64,000 nucleotides of DNA, from assembly GCA_012797695.1 (NCBI GenBank), contig JAAZOQ010000233.1, positions 2,897-66,896 of the forward strand, written 5' to 3'. How positions within the stretch are numbered: position 1 is the first letter of the stretch; every line of letters begins with the position of its first letter. This DNA is from Anaerolineaceae bacterium. Its GTDB lineage: Bacteria; Chloroflexota; Anaerolineae; Anaerolineales; Anaerolineaceae. The notes beneath the pieces were generated by a model that saw nothing but the letters and a program-made list of their open reading frames with translations, made no database searches and was not told where the DNA came from. Position numbers and translations under genes: made by a program. Below are positions 1 to 8,265 of this stretch, one piece after another.

Positions 1-642
1 GCAGACCCCGGGCTGGCACCGTTCACGCTTTCGGGCACTTACGCTGATGGGAAGACCTTCACCTATGCTCAATCGATCCTGCTGCTGAGCGGGGATTATC
101 CCACTGACGATCCAATTACTGTTGATCCATCTTTGATTGATCCCGCCGTAACCCAGCCTGAAGAGGATCAAGTCAAGCAGATCACCGCACCTGCCACACA
201 GACCCGCTACTGGGATGGAATGTTCCAGATTCCGGCTGTCTACAATGAGTACAATGCCACCTTTGGAGACCGCCGCAGTTACAATGATGGCGCTTATAAA
301 AGTTTCCATTCCGGGGTGGATTTTGCTGGCGGCATGGGGCTGCCTATTTATGCCCCGGCAGCAGGGAAAGTGGTATTTACCGGACAGTTGACTGTGCGCG
401 GAAACGCCACAATCATTGATCATGGCTGGGGAATTTACTCTGCTTATTTCCACCAATCAGAAATCGATGTTAATGTAGGCGACATGGTAAGCCCCGGAGA
501 CGTTATCGGCAAAGTGGGCAACACCGGGCGTGTCGATAATTCGGATGCCTTCGAGGGGGCTGGCAGCCACCTGCATTGGGAAATCTGGGTCAATGGAGTA
601 CAGGTAGATCCCCTGGAGTGGCTCGATAAACAATACCCATGA
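1..642 (+). CDS. M23 family metallopeptidase (5' partial; frame is open from base 1)
   Basis: HSGVDFAGG...IIDHGWG...GNTGR...GSHLHWEIWVNG motifs typical of LytM/M23 peptidases; no stop between base 1 and the listed TTG at 133. Confidence 0.85.
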   Translation, partial: ADPGLAPFTLSGTYADGKTFTYAQSILLLSGDYPTDDPITVDPSLIDPAVTQPEEDQVKQITAPATQTRYWDGMFQIPAVYNEYNATFGDRRSYNDGAYKSFHSGVDFAGGMGLPIYAPAAGKVVFTGQLTVRGNATIIDHGWGIYSAYFHQSEIDVNVGDMVSPGDVIGKVGNTGRVDNSDAFEGAGSHLHWEIWVNGVQVDPLEWLDKQYP

Positions 643-708
643 GAGTGAAAGGCAAGAAACACTAAGGTATAATTGGGTAAATCAAATTACTAAAATGGTG
701 ACTGGCAC

Positions 709-2271
709 ATGAGTTTAAGTGATGAAATCTGGCAAACTTTAAAATTTTCGGATCAAGACATCGAAAGTCTCTATAACCACCTTCTTGAGATTGAATCCCC
801 ACAAACACTTTCAGAATTAACTGATTTCCTGGTTCGCAAGAAAATCGAACAAGAGAAGAAAAAAGCAACCCAGGCTCTTAAAGCAGAGGGAAACCTTTAT
901 TTTCCCAAGGATCAATATAAAAAAGGTCAAGAATTATTATTTCCGAGCCGTGATTTTCAAAAAGGAAAGATCGTTGCCGTCCGTGATGGAATCTCTCCTG
1001 ATTACCCTGAGTTGCAGGTGATCACGGTAACTTTCACAGGCGATGAACAGCTCGAATTTGCCAGTAATCTCTCTGATCATGCACTGAATACTTATACGCC
1101 GAAAGAAGAAACAGAACAGGCCTACCAGCCAGATTATGTTCTGGAAACATACGGCAAAACCCTCATTGGCAAATTATCAGAATTAGTGTCAACCAATGAA
1201 GACCTGATCAGCATCGGTGGAAGTTATTTCCCCCGATCTCTACTCGTGGACATCGGTGTTGGATATCTGAATCTGGCTGAAGCCGTCCTGGAAATGGCAG
1301 AAGGCGGACCTCTTTCTACGCCCGATCTGATTCAGCAAATTGAGCTACCTACCGATACCAATGCCAAGTTGACTGAATTTTCCATGAACTATGCGCTTCA
1401 GGAAGATCCACGTTTTGACGAGGTGGGGCCAGCTGGAGAAACTCTGTGGTTCCTCAATCGCTTGGAGCCAGATGAAGTCCGCAATGTGCCCATCATGCTT
1501 CAATATACTGGTGAACCGGTGACTCTCCCTGAAGAAATTGAGAAATTCGTAGATTTTGGTCCTGAGTTTTGTGATGAACTCGAGCCAAATTATCAATGTG
1601 ATTCCGTTGACGACGTTACCATCAGCTTAACCTATCCCCATTGGCGGGCAGGCACTCTACCGCTGACCGGCAAACTGCAAAAGCTTTTCCCCACTGCCTA
1701 CGAGACCCCGCGCATCAAATTCACTTTCCACAACGGGGATTCAGACGAAACTTTCAACGGCTGGGTGGTCCGCCCCTCACACTACATCTCGGGGTTAAGC
1801 AACTGGTACACCACCGAAGGGTTCATTCCAGGCAGTCAAGTTCATATTTCCCGCAGTGAAGTCCCTGGTGAAGTAATTATCAGCGCAGATAAAAAGCATA
1901 ACTCCAAGGAATGGATTCGCACCTTCCTGGTGGGGGCAGATGGCAATTACGTGTTTGCCCTGCTTAAACAAGTAGTTACTTGCTCATTTGACGAGAGAAT
2001 GGCAATTGCCATCCCGGATGTCAAAGCAATCGATGCCATCTGGGAAAAATATGCCAAAACCAAGCCACAACTTGAAAAGATCATGCAGATTATGATGCGT
2101 GAACTGGCCAAGCTCAATCCTCAGGGGCATGTCCACGCTCAAGAATTATATGCGGCAATAAACATTGTCAAACGCTGCCCGCCCTCGCCAATTATCAATA
2201 TCCTTTTCAACTGTCCCTGGGCGACTCACATGGGAGATCTGTACTTCCGCCTGGATGATTCAAATTCATAA
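709..2271 (+). CDS. hypothetical protein, 520 aa, no domain recognised
   Basis: Long ORF with ATG start and even composition; antisense ORFs are short. Confidence 0.6.
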   Translation: MSLSDEIWQTLKFSDQDIESLYNHLLEIESPQTLSELTDFLVRKKIEQEKKKATQALKAEGNLYFPKDQYKKGQELLFPSRDFQKGKIVAVRDGISPDYPELQVITVTFTGDEQLEFASNLSDHALNTYTPKEETEQAYQPDYVLETYGKTLIGKLSELVSTNEDLISIGGSYFPRSLLVDIGVGYLNLAEAVLEMAEGGPLSTPDLIQQIELPTDTNAKLTEFSMNYALQEDPRFDEVGPAGETLWFLNRLEPDEVRNVPIMLQYTGEPVTLPEEIEKFVDFGPEFCDELEPNYQCDSVDDVTISLTYPHWRAGTLPLTGKLQKLFPTAYETPRIKFTFHNGDSDETFNGWVVRPSHYISGLSNWYTTEGFIPGSQVHISRSEVPGEVIISADKKHNSKEWIRTFLVGADGNYVFALLKQVVTCSFDERMAIAIPDVKAIDAIWEKYAKTKPQLEKIMQIMMRELAKLNPQGHVHAQELYAAINIVKRCPPSPIINILFNCPWATHMGDLYFRLDDSNS

Positions 2272-2276
2272 GGAAA

Positions 2277-2717
2277 ATGATCATGTCAGACAACAAGCCT
2301 CATTTCAGTTTGATCAAACCTACTCTCGATACCCCTTTTCACATTGATTTCGACTGGTGGAAAGGACATGACAGCAACTGGCGCGTTTTTCTCAAAGATT
2401 GTCTGTGCCCAGAACATCAGGCGGCTTTTGCCAATCAATCTGAAAGCGGCATGATCGATTGGGTTGATCCCGAAACCGCCGAAGTTCATCAAGTGGATGG
2501 GTTGCAGTCTACTCTCATGTCACATTGTGCCAAAGAGCCAGGTTTTCTTACCCAAAATACCGCAATGATCGATGCCCTTTTCCGCGTCTTTCTCGCCACT
2601 GGAAACAGCCCGATGACCCCCAAAGAACTTTCCGAACGGATCGGCAAACCGGCAGATACCATCTTGCGTACGATCTCTGGTGTGCAGGTTTATAAAGGTA
2701 TTCGCCCGGTACAATGA
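2277..2717 (+). CDS. hypothetical protein, 146 aa
   Basis: ORF begins 5 nt after the previous stop with AAGGAAAA upstream; no recognisable motif. Confidence 0.55.
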   Translation: MIMSDNKPHFSLIKPTLDTPFHIDFDWWKGHDSNWRVFLKDCLCPEHQAAFANQSESGMIDWVDPETAEVHQVDGLQSTLMSHCAKEPGFLTQNTAMIDALFRVFLATGNSPMTPKELSERIGKPADTILRTISGVQVYKGIRPVQ

Positions 2718-2805
2718 TATTTCGTTTCCCGCTAAGGATCACAACAGAGACTCTGTGAAGGATTCTCCATAAACGAAATCTTGTGTATTATAATAATCAC
2801 CGTTT

Positions 2806-2878
2806 GCCCCCGTAGCGCAATGGACAGAGCACCAGCCTTCTAAGCTGTTGGTTGTGGGTTCGACTCCCACCGGGGGCG
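2806..2878 (+). tRNA. tRNA-Arg (anticodon TCT)
   Basis: Cloverleaf read by hand: acceptor GCCCCCG/CGGGGGC, anticodon loop CTTCTAA, T-arm GTGGG-TTCGACT-CCCAC; CCA not encoded. Confidence 0.9.
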
Positions 2879-2904
2879 CTAGTTTACCTATTTGAAATGA
2901 TCCT

Positions 2905-4977
2905 ATGGTGGGCAAGATGAAACCTGTTAGACTTTTTAACCATATTCACCAATGGCTTTCTTCCCTTTCGACACAATTTAGTTTTTTGAGCGGATTTGCA
3001 CTTGCGTGGGTTGCGAAAGATCAAGTTTTAAACAATCTAGCGGGTTATTTACCAAAATTTCTGGCCTTGCGATTACCCACTTTAGGAGGAAAAGTTTTCT
3101 TGCTAATACTTTTCCTCGGAATATTTACATTTTTAATCCAGCTACTAATTCATTTTTTCAGAAAACTATTCCCTGTTTTCTTCTACCGTCTGTTTTCTAT
3201 TTCTAGCAAAGAACCTTCGATTCTTAAAACAGCAATTTCCTATTTCTGTGGCTTTTCCACCATTCTAATTGCCATTTTCTTTTTAAAAAATAATGGAAAC
3301 ACAGTGAAGGAACTATTCCTTTTAAACCCAATAGTTCTACCAATTTTATTACTCTGGCTGGTAATATTAATAATTTTTCCTATCTCAAATTTTATTGTTC
3401 AGGTAAATCCCAATTCAACTTCAAAAGTTAGTTCCACCCTTCAGAGGCTTAGAAAAGTCTCCCCAGTATTGATCCTTCTAGCTTCATTTGTCTTTGTTTT
3501 CCTTTTGTTTGGATCGTTACTTAAAGCCAAATTTGGAGTAATTGACGACCATGAAATCATCCGATTTCTTGGGCCAGATAAGAAGCTTGGAATCAATGAA
3601 ATCTTCTTGGAACTAAAGAAAACTGAGGTGGGAAACTTTGGCTCACTTGAACGTTTTCGGCCAGTATATTATTTTCTACGATTACTTGAGTGTGTTATCT
3701 GGGGTGCACACCCAGAATTGTGGTACCTAGCACGGATTATATTGTTGACAATTTCGATCGCCACCACCTGGCATTTATTAGCCCAATTTTCTGGGTTCTT
3801 TACATCCAGCGCAATCACGGCTTATCTTTTAACGCTCCCTCTGTGGGTAGGAATATTTGGACGATTAGGTCCCAGTGAAGCTTATATTGCGGTAGGGTTA
3901 CCCATTTACATCTGGGGTTTCTTAGCGCTTCTTCATGAAAAACTTCCTAAGCGAAAAAGTTGGTTAGCAAACATTGCAATTATTTTTGGAACAATTGTGT
4001 GCGTTGGCTCAAAGGAGAACCTAGTAATCCTGATAATTCCTTCAACATATTTATTTTTTACTGGGCTGAGAAAAAGGAATTTTCTGTCAATTCTGTCTTC
4101 GGTAATCAGCGACCTGGCCTGTGCCTTTGTCGGCATCGCAGTATTTACCTTAATAAACAAAAATGGCACAGATGTTTATGGCATGAGCGTGTCGCCAATT
4201 CAACGTTTTTTAGCGTTATTTTTAACCTATAAATCAATCTTTGCAAACCCACTTTTTTATATCGGATTGCTTTTTCTCCTTTATCTTCTCCTTCTCGCTG
4301 CGTTCAGAAATTACAAAACTATATCTACCAATGTTCTCCATAGTTTTATAGCACTCTTAATAATTGCAAGTTTTGTTTTCAGTCAAATGTTCTTCTATCA
4401 AGGAAGTTGGCCGCTTAACAGCCGATATGACTATCCAGGAATACTTTACCTTCCCGCTATTGTCATCATTTTACAAAAAACAATAACCACTATCGTTTCT
4501 GAAAAGATTCCTAATCTCCCCACTTCTTCTGTTGCTATTTGTGTAAGTCTGGGTCTGCTTTTACTTACTTTTTCAAGAGGATACCAATCAATTCTCTCGA
4601 CAAATATATCAACTGTGGAAACAACCAATAATTTTGCTAATAAAGTAAACTCAATCATTGAATCAGCTAAATCGCATCCAGAAGACATAATTGTTTTAGA
4701 AAGCAGCAATGTTTGGGATTATGAACCAATTTTTAGTTATCAAATCTATTTAGTTAATTCCAGCGTCCAAAATCCAATCACCTTACGAATCCATAATTAC
4801 TCTCCTGATTCGGTCGAAAAAGGGTTAGAAGTGGAATTAGCCCAAGAGTTAAGTAAGCTTAGCCAAATTGGGGATAATAGGTTTCAATCAATCTCAACTT
4901 TGGAAAAATATGGTTCAGATTGTATATCGGTCATGATATCGGCTGAAACAGAAACAAATTGTTCTATCGAAAAATAG
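2905..4977 (+). CDS. large polytopic membrane protein, possibly a GT-C-type glycosyltransferase (tentative)
   Basis: 690 aa with more than 12 hydrophobic segments, a DDHE loop motif and a C-terminal soluble region; visibly AT-rich compared with its neighbours. Confidence 0.7.
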   Translation: MVGKMKPVRLFNHIHQWLSSLSTQFSFLSGFALAWVAKDQVLNNLAGYLPKFLALRLPTLGGKVFLLILFLGIFTFLIQLLIHFFRKLFPVFFYRLFSISSKEPSILKTAISYFCGFSTILIAIFFLKNNGNTVKELFLLNPIVLPILLLWLVILIIFPISNFIVQVNPNSTSKVSSTLQRLRKVSPVLILLASFVFVFLLFGSLLKAKFGVIDDHEIIRFLGPDKKLGINEIFLELKKTEVGNFGSLERFRPVYYFLRLLECVIWGAHPELWYLARIILLTISIATTWHLLAQFSGFFTSSAITAYLLTLPLWVGIFGRLGPSEAYIAVGLPIYIWGFLALLHEKLPKRKSWLANIAIIFGTIVCVGSKENLVILIIPSTYLFFTGLRKRNFLSILSSVISDLACAFVGIAVFTLINKNGTDVYGMSVSPIQRFLALFLTYKSIFANPLFYIGLLFLLYLLLLAAFRNYKTISTNVLHSFIALLIIASFVFSQMFFYQGSWPLNSRYDYPGILYLPAIVIILQKTITTIVSEKIPNLPTSSVAICVSLGLLLLTFSRGYQSILSTNISTVETTNNFANKVNSIIESAKSHPEDIIVLESSNVWDYEPIFSYQIYLVNSSVQNPITLRIHNYSPDSVEKGLEVELAQELSKLSQIGDNRFQSISTLEKYGSDCISVMISAETETNCSIEK

Positions 4978-5256
4978 TTTTGCTATTATTTATGCTGAAT
5001 TTATTGCTTTGTTTTTCCAATCCAGTTCATGGAAAACAATTTATCGAAGTGTAAACGCTATGGAATATAAGAAGTGCAACTTCATTCGTTATCAAAATTC
5101 ACTTAAAGAAGCAAAGTAAAATACAGTAATCAAGAATCACACAATTTCGCTGAAAAGCAAGTACTTTACCGATTTAATTTCGGAAGATGATAAAATAAAG
5201 GAAACTCTTTCACTCTTAATTTTTTAATTAATGGTGATTGTCAATAAGGAATTAAA

Positions 5257-7029
5257 ATGAGCCGATCAAACCATGCGGGGAAAAAATCTAATCAGTGGTA
5301 CACCATGGATGTCCATGTGCATACCCCTGCGTCAGAAGATTATCAACAACCCGAAGTCACTTATCTCGACATTTTACAAAAAGCTGAAGCCCGTGGAATT
5401 CAAATTCTCGCCTTCACCGATCATAATACGATTGCCGGTTACCGGACTTTGCAAGATGAAATCCAGCAGCTTGAGTTTCTCGAAAAGCTGAAACGATTAC
5501 TCCCAGAAGAACAGAAAAAATTAAATGAATATCACCGTTTGCTGAACAAGATCTTGCTTCTACCCGGTTTTGAATTCACTGCTACTCTGGGCTTTCACAT
5601 TCTTGCCCTGTTTTCTCCTCAAAAGAGTGTCCGTGAAATCGAACATCTTTTGCTGAGCCTTTCTATCCCGCCGCAAAGCCTGGATGACGGCACACCCGCC
5701 ATTGGTGCCTCGGTCGACGTACTTTCAGCATACAGCCTCATCGATCAGGCAAATGGGCTGGCCATTGCCGCCCATGCCAACTCTACCAACGGGGTAGCCA
5801 TGCGGGGCATGAATTTCGGCGGTCAAACCAGAATCGCTTATACGCAAGATATTCACCTGCATGCTCTCGAAGTCACTGATCTGGAAATGAAGGGCAATCG
5901 CACCACTGCAGCCTTTTTCAGCGGCACCAAACCTGAATATCCGCGTAGAATGCACTGCATTCAGGGTTCTGATTGCCACCGGCTAACCACTGACCCCGTC
6001 CGCAAGAAAAACCTTGGATTGGGAGATCGCGCTACAGACGTGCTGCTGCCTGAATTGTCTTTCGAGGCCCTTAAAGAGTTGTTCCTGTCGAACGACTTCT
6101 CGCGTACCCGCCCCCATCGGGTCAAAGAAGAACCCGCTTTCGACTTTATCCAGGCTGCCCGTGAAGAAGGCTCCAACATCATTCAGGATTTTCACGAATC
6201 AGCCTCTGTCCGCGGTGGAAAATTATATGCCGTGCTCTCGGATATCTGCGCTTTCTCGAATACCAACGGCGGCACACTCTTCATCGGCCTCACTGCTGAT
6301 CCACACGGGCCGGTACAGGGAGTTACTTCGCCTGACCAATTGATCAAACAACTCGAAAAAGAAATTCCCTCGAGGATCAGCCCACCCGCAGTGAATACAA
6401 TCGATATCCAAAAATATCGCGGAAAAGAAATTCTGCGCATCCTGATCCCACGTGGAGAAGAACCGCCCTACGCGTTGGATGACAATAAAATCTACATTCG
6501 CGAAGAGGATGAGACAAACCTGGCCGTGCGGGATGAAATCGTCAATCTGGTACAACGTGGCCTGCAAAAATCGGGGACTGCTCCTGTTATTGCAGTCAGC
6601 AACACCCTGCCCAGTGAACCTGCGGTAACGGGCAACACGCCAAATATTGAACCCCAAGAAGATGCCCACACCGATCCGCGCACAGGGGTTGAGGTGCTTG
6701 ACCCGATTCAGCGCGACGGCAAGCTCTTCTATTCCTTGCGCGACCTGCGCAATGGAAACACAGTAAAAAATGTCACCACTTCCTCCGCCAGACGCTTATG
6801 GCACTATGCGATTTCGAAATATGCAGAAGTAAGCCCGGCCATTGAAAAAGCCAACATCACCTGGCAAGGGAATTATGGGTTACTGCACAAATATTCCCAC
6901 GGGAATAATGTTCACTTCGATCTTATTCAAAAAACAGACTCTGGCTATCGCTATTTCTTCGGAGTTACCCCAGATGGCATCCATGGTCCCTGGAAAGCCT
7001 TTTTCAGTGAAGAAGAAGGGAATTCATGA
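5257..7029 (+). CDS. PHP-domain phosphoesterase fused to an AlbA_2/Schlafen-like putative DNA-binding domain
   Basis: N-terminus MDVHVHTPAS...AFTDHNT...AAHANS...GSDCH (PHP His/Asp ligands); mid-region KLYAVLSDICAFSNTNGGTLFIGL resembles AlbA_2. Confidence 0.7.
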   Translation: MSRSNHAGKKSNQWYTMDVHVHTPASEDYQQPEVTYLDILQKAEARGIQILAFTDHNTIAGYRTLQDEIQQLEFLEKLKRLLPEEQKKLNEYHRLLNKILLLPGFEFTATLGFHILALFSPQKSVREIEHLLLSLSIPPQSLDDGTPAIGASVDVLSAYSLIDQANGLAIAAHANSTNGVAMRGMNFGGQTRIAYTQDIHLHALEVTDLEMKGNRTTAAFFSGTKPEYPRRMHCIQGSDCHRLTTDPVRKKNLGLGDRATDVLLPELSFEALKELFLSNDFSRTRPHRVKEEPAFDFIQAAREEGSNIIQDFHESASVRGGKLYAVLSDICAFSNTNGGTLFIGLTADPHGPVQGVTSPDQLIKQLEKEIPSRISPPAVNTIDIQKYRGKEILRILIPRGEEPPYALDDNKIYIREEDETNLAVRDEIVNLVQRGLQKSGTAPVIAVSNTLPSEPAVTGNTPNIEPQEDAHTDPRTGVEVLDPIQRDGKLFYSLRDLRNGNTVKNVTTSSARRLWHYAISKYAEVSPAIEKANITWQGNYGLLHKYSHGNNVHFDLIQKTDSGYRYFFGVTPDGIHGPWKAFFSEEEGNS

Positions 7030-7547
7030 GCGATGGGGTGAAATGCGGAATCCTTACCATCTCAGATCGCTCTTCAAGTGGAGAACGGCCTGATCTTTCT
7101 GGACCCACGCTGGCAAAGCACGTTTCAAGTTTGGGATGGCAAGTAGTTCTCATGACCATCCTGCCAGACGAGCAAGCCAAGATTTCAGAGGTCCTGAAAG
7201 CCTGGGTAGATATCTCGAAGCTGGATATCATTCTGACCACTGGCGGAACGAGCTGCGCGCCGCGAGATGTCACTCCTGAAGCCACCTTATCTGTGATCGA
7301 CCGCAATATCCCCGGATTGGCAGAAGCAATGCGTGCAAAAAGTATAGCTATCAATGCCCATGCCATGCTTTCAAGACTCATTACCGGAATACGGAGAAAA
7401 ACGCTGATCATCAATTTACCCGGCAGCCCTCAAGCAGCGCTTGAAAACTTGCAAGTGATCGAATCGGTTTTGCCCCACGCACTTTCGCTTCTCCACGAAG
7501 ATCCAAAAGCCGAAAATGAACATCAAGCCAATATGAACCGAGGTTGA
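7026..7547 (+). CDS. mog: molybdopterin adenylyltransferase MogA/MoaB family
   Basis: ILTISDR...TTGGTS.APRDVTPEAT...PGLAEAMR...NLPGSPQAA; ATGA overlap with the upstream stop. Confidence 0.85.
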   Translation: MSDGVKCGILTISDRSSSGERPDLSGPTLAKHVSSLGWQVVLMTILPDEQAKISEVLKAWVDISKLDIILTTGGTSCAPRDVTPEATLSVIDRNIPGLAEAMRAKSIAINAHAMLSRLITGIRRKTLIINLPGSPQAALENLQVIESVLPHALSLLHEDPKAENEHQANMNRG

Positions 7548-7548
7548 T

Positions 7549-8253
7549 TTGCCAAACGCCAGTTTCCACCTTTTCCAGCTTCAAAAAGTAGATGGCCGCC
7601 TTCTGCAGATCGAACAAAGATTTCTGCAAATTGATCTTGAACTTTCGAATAATCCAGAACTGGTAGCCGTTCAAAAGGAAATGGAATACGAGAACCGCGT
7701 TTTAGCCGAAAAAGAAAAAGCTATGGCTGAGCTGGGAAAAAACATCCAGGCCAAACGGATAAAAACTCAGCAGTCAGAATCCAGTCTCTATAGTGGAAAA
7801 AACTCCAACCCCAAAGAATTAGGCGATCTGCAAATAGAAATTCAGTCTCTCAAAAAAAGTATTGCTGTTATTGAAGAGCAGCAATTCACCCTGTTGGGAG
7901 AAATAGATGCCCTCACGCAAAATATAACCAAACTTCAAATTGACCATGACCAGATCACGCAAAAAACGAATACTCTCAACCGCAACTTACTGGTAGAGAA
8001 AGATTCACTTCAGGCAGAAAAAGAGAAACTTTGCAAAGAAAAAACTGTGATTCTCAGCCAAATTTCAGAAGAATGGCTCAAGCAGTATCAGACACTGGCG
8101 AGTACCAAAAATCATATCGCTGTGGCGTTGATTGATGAAAATTGCTGTTCGACCTGTGGGGCAGAAATCACGCCCCGCGATGTACAAAAGGCACATACCG
8201 CGGCAACGCTGGTTTATTGCCCATCCTGTGGACGGATCCTTTACGCTGGCTAA
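7549..8253 (+). CDS. coiled-coil C4 zinc-ribbon protein (COG1579-like)
   Basis: Long heptad-rich region then CCSTCG...CPSCGRILY; TTG start 1 nt after the mog stop. Confidence 0.7.
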   Translation: MPNASFHLFQLQKVDGRLLQIEQRFLQIDLELSNNPELVAVQKEMEYENRVLAEKEKAMAELGKNIQAKRIKTQQSESSLYSGKNSNPKELGDLQIEIQSLKKSIAVIEEQQFTLLGEIDALTQNITKLQIDHDQITQKTNTLNRNLLVEKDSLQAEKEKLCKEKTVILSQISEEWLKQYQTLASTKNHIAVALIDENCCSTCGAEITPRDVQKAHTAATLVYCPSCGRILYAG

Positions 8254-8265
8254 GCTTACCAGGCT

